Assembly (NCBI GenBank): GCA_003707115.1
Contig: PPNB01000025.1
Span: 1 to 64,000 of the forward strand
Source: Tortispora ganteri
Lineage: Eukaryota
Direction: 5' to 3'
Length of the DNA: 64,000 nt
The translations under genes and the position numbers were made by a program. This document shows positions 9,977 to 19,897 of this stretch, one piece after another (the stretch's first letter is position 1; the number at the start of each line of letters is the position of its first letter). The notes under the pieces are model-generated. The model saw nothing but the letters and a program-made list of their open reading frames with translations, did no database searches and was not told the DNA's origin.

Positions 9977-10876
9977 ATGACTCCGTCAGGTTCGAATACG
10001 ATCTCCTTCTCGAGACAGAGCTGGAGAAGTTCTCTCAGAGCTCGGAATCACGCTTCAGAAACTTATAATAACGCAAGTGACGCTCCAAGAGCGCCTTTCA
10101 GACCCGAAGATATAATGTACGCAGTCACAACTCTGTTTGGAACGTCAGAGATTCAACCTCCTTCATATTTTCCCAATGCTATAGATCCTCAGCTCGAAAC
10201 AGAAACTATGCATTCTGCTAAGACTGATTCAGCCGGGAGCATGTGCAGCGTGCAGCTTCCCGACAGTATGACCCGCCGCACTAGATGCAAGCTAGGATTC
10301 GCCTCGCCTGACTCAAAATACGGCAAAGCCGAGCCTATGAGTCTTGTGCTGGACCGCTATATTGGTGGTGTATACTCAGAGGAGTACTCTCCTGAGAACG
10401 CACTAGATCCTTCTACCGACAGTGTTTATTGCAGTAGCGCCTCTTCTTGCATTCTAGTGTTGCGTCACAGATCACACCAGCCGGTGTCTGTCCAGTCGAT
10501 CACCGTACGGGCGCCTTTATCAACGTCTTACACTAATCCTGTGCACCACGGTATGGTGTATTTTTTTGTCGGTAAAGATGTTGGCTCTCTGTTAGACTAC
10601 TTATGCCTGAAAAGTTCGTCTGAAACGGACCCAGCTGCTGATCTGAAGACATTAAGTCGAAATTTAAGAGAAGTTGTTTCCACAGGTTGTCCTTTTGAAA
10701 TAACCGATAGCAGCAGAAAATGCAAAGTTGAATGCGATCCGTTTAGAGCAGCTACACATATTCTGATCATGTGCTTTGATAAGACAGCGAAACTCGACGC
10801 ATCAGTCGACATAGAAAGCATAAAAGTCAGCGGAATTTTTGGCCCTCATAGGGCTGCTGATCTGATGTTGATGTAA
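9977..10876 (+). CDS. Hypothetical protein; C-terminal half resembles a discoidin/galactose-binding-like beta-sandwich seen in uncharacterised fungal proteins
   Basis: 299-aa ATG ORF preceded by a TATA box and a long ATG-free leader. Motif GGVYSEEYSPENAL...SVYCS...ILVLRH...ITVRAP...PVHHGMVY. Confidence 0.65.
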   Translation: MTPSGSNTISFSRQSWRSSLRARNHASETYNNASDAPRAPFRPEDIMYAVTTLFGTSEIQPPSYFPNAIDPQLETETMHSAKTDSAGSMCSVQLPDSMTRRTRCKLGFASPDSKYGKAEPMSLVLDRYIGGVYSEEYSPENALDPSTDSVYCSSASSCILVLRHRSHQPVSVQSITVRAPLSTSYTNPVHHGMVYFFVGKDVGSLLDYLCLKSSSETDPAADLKTLSRNLREVVSTGCPFEITDSSRKCKVECDPFRAATHILIMCFDKTAKLDASVDIESIKVSGIFGPHRAADLMLM

Positions 10877-11044
10877 TGTAATAAATCACACGTTGAAATG
10901 TAATACAGTGCTATACAGTGGAATGTAGCAAATGCAAATAAATGCAGTTATCAACGTTCGTCTCCATAGTCACTGTATGCTTACTTAAATCTGTTCACAC
11001 AATGAACTACGATAACAGGATAATACAAGCAGTATATGAATTTC

Positions 11045-11803
11045 CTATTGGCTGTAGTACTTAGTCACAGAGTCTCCTACGCGGCAATAGACGCCCGACA
11101 GCTCCGGAGAAGCTTTAGTGACCAGATTAGCGATCACCTTGCCTGGGACGTCAGGCGGCAATAGGGTTGAATTCTGCTTCAAATCGAGAAATCTGGAATG
11201 CTCATCAGGATGCATTCCTTGACCAAACCTTGTTCGAATGTCGTTTTGCATTTCCGTGTCTACGACGCCGGGCGCAAATGCAATGCTAGTGAGTTCCGGC
11301 TCTTCCACGCTCAGCGTCCGTACAAGATGATTGACAGCGGCTTTGGTTGAACCGTAGCATCCCCATCCTTGGTACGGCTTGTCTGAAGCACCAGAAGAGA
11401 CCATGACCAATCGAGCATGGTTTTGGACAAGTTCCGAGTGGAACTCTTTCAGCATACCGACGATAGAAATCACGTTAACTTGGTATGCGCGAGCCCAGTC
11501 CTTCGCAGAAGTTTCGGAGCCACAAACACGTCCAACTGGAGCCAAAGTAGCGGCATTAAATACAATTCCTGATAATTTATCCGATCCTAATGCCTTACGG
11601 ATGCCGACAACAAACGTGCTCGGGTCTTCGCTGATATCGCCCTTGACGTAGCTGTAAGCAGCAGGGTAGGATGATGCCACGCCAGTCACACTAGAAGTAT
11701 CGCTTCGCGAAACATCAATGACATTGTATTGGTTTTCGAGAAGAAATCTCACTACAGAGAGGCCGATTCCACGGGATCCACCGGTAACAATAATTGTGGG
11801 CAT
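11045..11803 (-). CDS. Short-chain dehydrogenase/reductase (benzil reductase Irc24/YIR035C-like)
   Basis: TGGSRGIG cofactor motif, VSSGA, catalytic YGSTK, APGVVDTEMQ. Confidence 0.9.
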   Translation of the reverse strand: MPTIIVTGGSRGIGLSVVRFLLENQYNVIDVSRSDTSSVTGVASSYPAAYSYVKGDISEDPSTFVVGIRKALGSDKLSGIVFNAATLAPVGRVCGSETSAKDWARAYQVNVISIVGMLKEFHSELVQNHARLVMVSSGASDKPYQGWGCYGSTKAAVNHLVRTLSVEEPELTSIAFAPGVVDTEMQNDIRTRFGQGMHPDEHSRFLDLKQNSTLLPPDVPGKVIANLVTKASPELSGVYCRVGDSVTKYYSQ

Positions 11804-11990
11804 ATTTCAAAAGTGATGTCGAAATCTGAGAACTACCCTTACTGGGGTTTCATCGGAAACAAAATTGTCCGCCCCCTACAGAATGTTAATGTATGTATAC
11901 AATGCATGTACTAAAATGTGTAGTGGAAAGTTCAATCCGAGGGAATTGATTGAGGCCAGAAATTGATCACACTCGGGGAAAATGAAGGTG

Positions 11991-14414
11991 CTATTCAGCA
12001 GGCGAAATGGTGACGTCAACCTTGTTCTCTGCGTTAACGCTTGTCTTGCGAACAATGTGCATAGGAAAACTGTCTTCACCCATAACGGCATCGTAACCGC
12101 CTGGCGCACGAATATCGAGATTCTTAAGAGAATTGACTATGCAATCCATGAGCATGTTTCTGCGTTTGTTGTAGCCATAGTAGTCCGAGAAGTTGTTCTT
12201 GTGGAAAGCTCGGATTTCAAGATTGTAACCACCTACTGTAGTGATTCCAGTCATCTCAAGCAGTATTTGGGGTTTGAAAAGTCGAGGATTCTCCATTACA
12301 AAATCTTTCAACGATTTTTCTAATTGGTTTCGCTTTTCCGCGTCCACAGACTGGTCCAGGGATAAAGTAATTATATCAGTCTGACTCTTAGATCGCGTAA
12401 CATTATCGATCCAAACTCGACAGAGCCAGGCATTAGACAATTGTGTAACTTGGTTAGTGTTCAATCTTTTGAGTACTGTAAATAGCAGGTCCATTCGTAA
12501 AACCTCTAAATGATCTCCGTCGATAACCAGATGATCTCCAGCATCCAACGGGTGCTGAACAAACACAAATATGCATGAACTGATGAACTCTTGCGCGGAA
12601 GCCGTAAACATAAACGAAAGCGCTAACAATGATGTAGCTGTTGTAGTTAATACCGTGCTCAAATCAGGAGAAACGAGAGATACCATGATAAATATTCCAA
12701 CAATTCCAACAACAATACGCAACACAGAGTTGAACCGTTCAATTACAAGATCAGTATCTGTGAGTACCTGCATCATTGATTTCTTCGATTGACATAGTTC
12801 ATGCGTAAATCCAGTAAGCTCTTCAAAGGTAATGTCGCCGCTTCCATTACTATCTAATGCCAGCATTACCTGATCATCAACTTCGCCAAGTACCTCATAC
12901 AAATCGTCCAGTTTAATAGATTCATCACCGGGTTCAACAAGGGAATTCCAAACGCGCTGACAGAAATCATCTACAAGACTGCGTTTCTCTAACACGTTAG
13001 CAACAACAGCATTAGGCGTTACAGATATCCTAGCCCAAAAAGGGGCTGGATGCGAGTTGTCTTTTTCAGATTCAGATGGTATTTGTGATTCATTATTCGA
13101 TGAATGTTGAATTGATTCCTGTGGACTATTGTTCTTTTTATCTGAGTTGTCAAAGTCTGAGCCAGCAGGCGTATTCTGTGTAGAACTATTTCTTTGTTGC
13201 GAATCGTTGCCAGATATCGAGAACTTCGGCAATACGTTCCTGACTTTTCGGACAGTGTTCGAGGTAGCTTGAGCTGTTCTTTCCAATGCAAAAGTAGTAA
13301 GTTTTACATCTATATCGTAAAACTTGGAGTCGAACTGAGGGTATAAATAGTATGAAGCTGATAATAAGTTAATAAGTGCTTTGGTTTTTTGCTTATCGGC
13401 CGCGATGCGGGTAGCAAACTGTCTCTTGTGAAAGCTGACCGAGATATATTGGATGTATATTTGTTCAGCCAAATAAAGCACGGAAGTGATTAATAGAGAT
13501 GCTATTACATTTCCAAGGTTAGAGACCCATGTTTCGGCCACATGATCATTGCCTGGGGTCAATCGCAAAAGAGGGTTATAGGTGATGAAAGTGCAAAGTA
13601 GTGTTAAGAAAAGAGCGGCGGGGTTTTCGATACTCTGAATAAGAATTGCATACTTTGCATATTTTGGAAGCACAATAGCAAGGAAAAATCTGAGTATTTT
13701 GGGGAAATATCGCATAAATACTCGACTCACCCAGATACTTGTCCACGAGACTATTATCCAAACGCAAATCCATCCAAAGAGAACTCCGCCAAGTCGAGCA
13801 TAAGGGAACCCCCACATACCCATTGCGAGCGGGAAAAATATAATTACAAACCCCACAAACCAATAGCAAAACATTCGCGTCAAAAACGACCAAGCCATGA
13901 AGCTATCGAGTATCTGGCCCGCACGTAAGATGAACCGGACTCCACCACGAGCATTGGCTAATCTGGTTCTTTGCATTTCGCGTTCAGTGACCACTTTAAG
14001 AGGACCTTTTGTGTGTTTCTGAGCTCCAGCAGAATCTACATTACTTTCGGCATCCTGCTTGCCATTCAAGGCCTCCGAAATTGCAAGAGCCGCACCAAGC
14101 GCGCCTGGTCCCGATCTATCGTACAGATCGGCATCTTCTTCTTCAATATTCTGAAGTTCTCTGCTTTTGAAACGAGAAAGTTTCTGATTCAAACTGACCG
14201 TGCTAGTGCCACTGGCTTTGCTTCCATAGCTTGCCCGACTGGTAGAACGGAGTAGAACATTATGATTTTGACTTGATGTCATAGAAATTCCTCTGCTGCG
14301 TAATGAAGCGCGCCTGTCAACAGGCGGCAAAATATCTTGATCGCGTACAGATTCGGTTTGGCCAGTTGGAAACCCAATTTGGGCTTCCTCATCGTATGTA
14401 CTTGAAGAGCCCAT
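11991..14414 (-). CDS. MscS-like mechanosensitive channel with EF-hand (Msy1/Msy2 type)
   Basis: Multiple transmembrane helices, EF-hand DSNGSGDITFEE, MscS core FISSCIFVFVQHPLDAGDHLVI and NVTRS. First ATG at 14414 (the ORF track starts at an upstream TTG). Confidence 0.9.
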   Translation of the reverse strand: MGSSSTYDEEAQIGFPTGQTESVRDQDILPPVDRRASLRSRGISMTSSQNHNVLLRSTSRASYGSKASGTSTVSLNQKLSRFKSRELQNIEEEDADLYDRSGPGALGAALAISEALNGKQDAESNVDSAGAQKHTKGPLKVVTEREMQRTRLANARGGVRFILRAGQILDSFMAWSFLTRMFCYWFVGFVIIFFPLAMGMWGFPYARLGGVLFGWICVWIIVSWTSIWVSRVFMRYFPKILRFFLAIVLPKYAKYAILIQSIENPAALFLTLLCTFITYNPLLRLTPGNDHVAETWVSNLGNVIASLLITSVLYLAEQIYIQYISVSFHKRQFATRIAADKQKTKALINLLSASYYLYPQFDSKFYDIDVKLTTFALERTAQATSNTVRKVRNVLPKFSISGNDSQQRNSSTQNTPAGSDFDNSDKKNNSPQESIQHSSNNESQIPSESEKDNSHPAPFWARISVTPNAVVANVLEKRSLVDDFCQRVWNSLVEPGDESIKLDDLYEVLGEVDDQVMLALDSNGSGDITFEELTGFTHELCQSKKSMMQVLTDTDLVIERFNSVLRIVVGIVGIFIMVSLVSPDLSTVLTTTATSLLALSFMFTASAQEFISSCIFVFVQHPLDAGDHLVIDGDHLEVLRMDLLFTVLKRLNTNQVTQLSNAWLCRVWIDNVTRSKSQTDIITLSLDQSVDAEKRNQLEKSLKDFVMENPRLFKPQILLEMTGITTVGGYNLEIRAFHKNNFSDYYGYNKRRNMLMDCIVNSLKNLDIRAPGGYDAVMGEDSFPMHIVRKTSVNAENKVDVTISPAE

Positions 14415-15168
14415 AAATAGTACGCTGGTATACCAGCCTGAGATGCCTTGTCGGTTCAGTGGTCTTTTGTAGAGGAAAAAAAAAGAAATACAGTACAGAA
14501 TTTTCGACAACAGAGGATAAACCTTAAAAAAGATAAGGTTCGATGAAGTTAGGGAGCCAAGACGAGTATGCAGGGTCGATCGGTGTTTATACGATCACAG
14601 TTTCATAATAATTACGCGGTTAAAAGGTATTGAATTCATTAGCTTAAAGGAAGACTTCAAGAAATTTATGTTTGATATAACACTCGCGCGTAGAATTTAG
14701 TACGGAGCAGAGTTAAGATAGAAAGAAACTCAAGAAGTAAAAAAAAAAAAAACAAATGACTTAGCCGAGAATGAAATTAACAAAGCAAGTCAATGCGCGG
14801 CAATGTTGATGCAGAAGAAAAGGAGTATTCTGAAATAGCTTTCGCAAAAAAGTAATAATACATTATAATAATCCTAACTTCAGGTTCAATTCGACATGAA
14901 ATGAGAACAGAATGCTAGTATTATACACAGGCAATACAGCATGCGCGTTGTTGAATCCTTTCAATATCTCATTCTTTTTAGAGCCATTGATTTGTGTTTT
15001 CAATAGTGAATAATCATATGCTGAAATATAAGTGTGAAGTAAACGACATAAATCTTCATATGAATGAATAATAAATAGCGGTGAAGATAAGAGAGCTTAG
15101 TAAAAAGAGCGTATGGGAGTATGTGCAACTCAGGCAAAACTATGCCAAAACCCAATCGAGATATCAGT

Positions 15169-16271
15169 TTAGAGGATGGTATAGCCACCATCAATAAGGA
15201 TATCAGAACCGGTGCAGAAAGAAGAACCGCTCGAAGCAAGCCAGATAGCACAGGTGGAAAGCTCCTCGACATCACCTAAGCGACCGAGAGGGGTTTTTTG
15301 TTTCCATTCATCGAATAAAGCCCCAAAAGAGCGATTAAGAGCAGTATCCATATAACCAGGAGAGATAGAGTTGACTCTAATTTTGTGTACGGCCCATTCT
15401 GCGGCAAGTGATTTCATCAAATGCTTTACACCAGCCTTAGAAGCATTGTAAGCACTTTGAGGTTGAGGCCAGTTTACAATGGAGCCGGACATGGAAGCGA
15501 TGAAAATGATAGAGCCACCAGAACCTTGAGCGATCATGTGGCGCCCAGCAGCTTGTGCGCACAAGAACGAACCATTAAGGTTGATATCAATAACTCGCCT
15601 AAATTTTTCAGCGGGGTAGTCCTCAGCGTGTACCAAATCTGCGACACCAGCAGAGCAAATCAAGATGTCGATTGATCCCAAATCGGAAGCAACGGAATCC
15701 ATAATTTCATTAACACTCTTTTCATCACGTACATCTACTTTGTAGAATTGAGCTTCCACACCGTAGTTAGTGTGCAATCGTTGAGCGGCGTCTATGCCGA
15801 GCTCAGTTTGCACGTCCAAAATAGCAATGCCCTTTAGGCCAGCAGAACAAAGTCCTTCGGCCATAGAAAAACCAAGACCACGGGCAGCACCAGTTACCAC
15901 AGCTACTTTTCCATTGAGGCGGAAGCGGTCTAAAAAGTTCTTGGGCCCAGGGAGTTCACCGGCGTCAGGATTAACAGGAACCGGGCCAGGTACTGGCACA
16001 ACGGCACGTTGAGCAGAACTGTTGTCGCTTGAATCTAATGGTGTGTTAGTATTTGTTTGTCTGTTGATTATGCAGAAAATAGCAACAGTTACTCGAAATA
16101 AAGAGAGAATATAGCACGCAATGTACCAGGAGAGACCTGACACCGTAAAGCACTTGACCTAGCCGAAAAAGAAGGGATAAAAAAGCTACAACTAACATAA
16201 CTCGAGCGTGGGGGCGTTTGCATCAAATTATTGCTAATTGAATGTACATTATACTTACTATTCATATTCAT
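15169..16271 (-). CDS. SDR, D-arabinitol 2-dehydrogenase/sorbose reductase-like; spliced join(16259..16271,15169..16034), 292 aa
   Basis: TGAARGLG, ASMSG, YNASKAG, NSISPGY motifs. Exon 1 ATGAATATGAATA joins in frame across the intron. Confidence 0.88.
16035..16258 (-). other. Spliceosomal intron, 224 nt
   Basis: GTAAGT donor, TACTAAC at 16045-16051, TAG acceptor 7 nt later; supplies the only ATG start. Confidence 0.88.
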
Positions 16272-16890
16272 ATAAGGTAAAGATCGTGTAGAGTTTATTT
16301 CGGAGCACTTCTCACTATTTAACGTGCTTTACTAAAGATTTTCACTCGATAAATAATGAATCCAAGATGGGTGGTTGGGCGTGGTAGTAGTTTAGCACTT
16401 TAGCTCTCTTAGCCTTGAATAAAGCACACCGAGATAAGCTGATTCAACCAATCAGAACGCTTCACCTCACCACCTTTGTCTACCGTGTCCTGATCGGGCT
16501 GGATACAGGGACGCGGCAAAGGGGTTCCCTATGAAATAAGCAAGATTGATTGCCTGCAGTAGTTCTTAGCGCTTAGAAGAAAAATAAAAAGATTCTGATA
16601 AAAAAAAAACACTAATGTGATTCGTAAGTGGTCTCTGGATATCAACGAGGCTATCTCTCGGCATGCTAGGCCTGAATCAATCTGTTCGACTGGCATATAA
16701 AAGACCCTTATAACATTTTGTTGAAGGGGAAGCAGAAGCGAAATTAATGCTTAATTGAACAGATCTCTCAATCTGGCGGTTCGAATTTGTAACTGGGTGT
16801 ATATCGACAGAAGCCGGTACACACTCTTTGAGGCTTTGAAAGTCCTGCGCTACCGCACATAATAAATAAGAAACAGCTCTGATAGACAAT

Positions 16891-18303
16891 CTACAACAAT
16901 TTCACGTAATTAGCCGGAAAAATTCCTTCTTTGCCATCCAATCGACCAGTCCACCATGCATCAACAGTGTCGGTCTTTTTCAGAATCTCAATGTAATCGC
17001 CCTTCCGAAATGATAGATCGCCGCTTTGCTCCCCCTCAAAAGTATATTTAGCAACTGCTTCTTCAACGCCATTACTTGACGGTTTCTTTGATCTGGGAGG
17101 AGCAGGAGCACTGCGGCGCTCAGGCTCTCGGCCGTAATCGTTGTTTCCACGAGTCCTTCGCCTACGAGAACTGGAGTAGTCGTCATCGTCGTCGTCGTAA
17201 TCACGATCATCTCCATCATCGTACCTGGGCTTAGGCCCTGCTGGCCGCCGAGGACGAGTGGAATCGCTATAAGTAGATTCGAAATGTTGCTTTCCAAATC
17301 TTTCTTCGTTGCCTGCACCGTGTCGATTCCTACCATTGCTGCGAGTTGGTGCTGAACGGTCGTAGATATCATCTTCCCAGCTGTCGCGATTTTTCTGTCT
17401 GTTTCGACCACTAGTTCCACCAGCGGATCTTCCACTGGCTATCCAGTCATCATCTAAAGCATGTCCACCTCTTCCTACACTTCTTCTAGGCCTTGCTGGG
17501 TATGCTTCGTAATCGTCATCGTCATCGTAGTGACGACGACTGCCTCGTCGAGATACTCCTCCATTGCTGTATTCGTCGCTGTCGTTAGTATCGAAATCGC
17601 GCATTGACGGGAGGTCATCATACAGAGAGTCGCCGTATTCATCCAAGTCGGGTGAAAAAATGCGGCTTTCGAGCATGTGCAACAATGGGTCGGCGCCAGG
17701 TGGAGGTTCCAGTTGTCCACTAAGGATTTTGGCGGCAGTAGCATTAGGACCGTAGAACTTTCGGTTCGCATCGCGTCGCTCGGCAATAACAGAGCCTTCG
17801 AGCGATACACCAGCAAAGAGCCCTTTGGTTTTAGAGTATGAGAATATAGCAGCGACTGACTTCAATGAGGCGGTTCCATCTGCCTCTACGTTTCGACCTA
17901 GCGGTCCGGCAGCAATAGATATGTTACCGCCTAAAGTAACGGAACCGAGCTGAGCAAATGTTTCAACAGCTTTGCGGGAGTTTAATATCATTACAAAGTC
18001 AGTAAGTTCGGCGCCAATTTGGCCACCAACGCCAGCACCGGCGGTGACGATAGCGCTTGGGCCGGACCAAGAGCCATCCGGAAGACGAGCAACAACAACG
18101 CCAGATCCCGCACGTCCAGAGAACAAGAAACCGGCCTTAAGCACAGTCAAAATAGCTAAACCTTTTGCATTGGCGAGCACCTCTGGAGGGATGACGTCTG
18201 AAGGCCCACCGAGTTGGTTTGGTTTAATAAAAGAGTTCAAAACTTTTGCGGCTTTACGAGACTCGCTCGTAAGAGAAGTAGGAAGAGGATTGTTGATACC
18301 CAT
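16891..18303 (-). CDS. YSC84: Ysc84/Lsb3 actin-binding protein (SYLF/YAB domain plus C-terminal SH3)
   Basis: MGINNPLP start, KAGFLFSGRAGSG, GLFAGVSLEGS; SH3 with DLSFRKGD..WWTG..GIFPANYV. Confidence 0.93.
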   Translation of the reverse strand: MGINNPLPTSLTSESRKAAKVLNSFIKPNQLGGPSDVIPPEVLANAKGLAILTVLKAGFLFSGRAGSGVVVARLPDGSWSGPSAIVTAGAGVGGQIGAELTDFVMILNSRKAVETFAQLGSVTLGGNISIAAGPLGRNVEADGTASLKSVAAIFSYSKTKGLFAGVSLEGSVIAERRDANRKFYGPNATAAKILSGQLEPPPGADPLLHMLESRIFSPDLDEYGDSLYDDLPSMRDFDTNDSDEYSNGGVSRRGSRRHYDDDDDYEAYPARPRRSVGRGGHALDDDWIASGRSAGGTSGRNRQKNRDSWEDDIYDRSAPTRSNGRNRHGAGNEERFGKQHFESTYSDSTRPRRPAGPKPRYDDGDDRDYDDDDDDYSSSRRRRTRGNNDYGREPERRSAPAPPRSKKPSSNGVEEAVAKYTFEGEQSGDLSFRKGDYIEILKKTDTVDAWWTGRLDGKEGIFPANYVKLL

Positions 18304-18732
18304 TATGGCGAACTGCAAGCCTTAAAGGAGATGAAACAGAGGCAACAAGAGAAGAGGGTTGTATACAACACAAAGGCGTATGCGGTCTATGGTCTTGAAA
18401 CGCCTGAAAAATCCGGGACTAAAAAAAATTGCAAACAGAAGCAAAAACGTATACAATTTTTAATTGTTTTAGTTCGTAGCACAGCTATTGTCCGTACAAT
18501 TAGTAAGACTAAGACCGGCACGGATAATGGGAAAAGGGGAGAAAAAAGTGGATATGAATGTGAGCCGGGAGGTGGTGGCATAATAACGTCCAGTTTTCTG
18601 AGACAGTTCGACCGGCTTTAACCGCATGATGCAGGCAGAAACAGCAGCTACAATGCGTGCAATCTATGACAGAATATCCAGAGAACCCGATGTGCATGCT
18701 ATTATTCATAAAAATATCTTAAACTATTAATA

Positions 18733-19722
18733 TTATAACTTCATCTTCGATAGATCCTCTTTGGCGTCTTGTAGTCGTTTAACCACTTTCACCGACAGAC
18801 GAACCTTCGAGTTTCTGTTCGACCCAGGCGACACAGCTTGTCTCTTGTTTATGTATTCGTCCGTAGAGTATCTTCTTTTCATATTAACACACCTCGATAC
18901 ATTCGAAGATGAAGATGTGTCGGACAAAGCCATTGCGCTAGGTGAATGTTCAGGAGATGATGTTATTTGTGATCCCAGGTGAGGTGACGACGGAGCCGTG
19001 TTCACAATAATGTCACTAGCAATTGACCGTCGCTTAAACGTCCCATTTCCAGGAGGGTCTGCCTCGTTGAGAAGAACGCCATCAGATACAGAGATCGCTT
19101 CAGGCGATGGAGAGCTGTATTCATTAATGATATCCTCTTCCCTAAAAGCAGCAGTTACTGCGGCCTCGAGCTTGATTTCGAAATCTGCCGGTGCACGTTC
19201 TAAATGAAATTCACGGCTAATTCTTTGCAATGTACGCGAAAACGGTCGCACACTACTGGACAATCGAACTCCTTGAATAGTATGATGTCGTTGTAGATGC
19301 GATTGTGATTGTGATAGTGGCGCAGGATGCGACTGCTGGATCTGATGCTTGGCCTGTATTTTGTTACTCAAGAACGAGTCGCGGTAAGATTTAATGCTAT
19401 TTCTTCCAAAAGTTTGCATATTGTTCAGTTTCTGCTTTAAGTAAGAGCGATTTTTCGGTTTGTCCTTATAGTCATCCACGTCCCATCGATCACGAGAAGA
19501 GACACCATCAGCTGAAGACTCTGATCCTTCGTCATCTGAAACGCAATTAGTCGTTTCCGTGTCATTAATCGGATCCCAATTTCCTTCTAATGAGACCACC
19601 GAAAGCCGTGAGTTTGTGTTCTTGCCATTCTCACCCGACACCTGTAGTCGCCGCGCTGTGTCCATTGCGGACGATGCAACAGCCTCATCCATAGGGTCAG
19701 AGTTGTCCTGTAGACCAAACAT
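18733..19722 (-). CDS. Uncharacterised low-complexity protein with a KRR...KRQAVSPG C-terminal motif
   Basis: 329-aa ATG ORF, Ser-rich. The C-terminal motif resembles conserved fungal hypothetical proteins (recollection, not searched). Confidence 0.65.
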   Translation of the reverse strand: MFGLQDNSDPMDEAVASSAMDTARRLQVSGENGKNTNSRLSVVSLEGNWDPINDTETTNCVSDDEGSESSADGVSSRDRWDVDDYKDKPKNRSYLKQKLNNMQTFGRNSIKSYRDSFLSNKIQAKHQIQQSHPAPLSQSQSHLQRHHTIQGVRLSSSVRPFSRTLQRISREFHLERAPADFEIKLEAAVTAAFREEDIINEYSSPSPEAISVSDGVLLNEADPPGNGTFKRRSIASDIIVNTAPSSPHLGSQITSSPEHSPSAMALSDTSSSSNVSRCVNMKRRYSTDEYINKRQAVSPGSNRNSKVRLSVKVVKRLQDAKEDLSKMKL

Positions 19723-19897
19723 AGCAAATCAATGTAACTATATAATCTCTATATTAAAATATTTGTATATTCGTCCAGCAAGTATGCGCAATTGTGAGCG
19801 TGTATTGCTCCTATTGAATCACCAGCATCAGACACGCGCAAGTCGATTGGGAAGTTCAAGTATACGAGTTTCTACGGCTACTAATTGATGTTATTGT

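Noticed and set aside
16035..16143. Hydrophobic N-terminus of the SDR given by the ORF track (MSGLSWYIAC...)
   Set aside because: It starts at GTG inside the 224-nt intron, so it is not a signal peptide.
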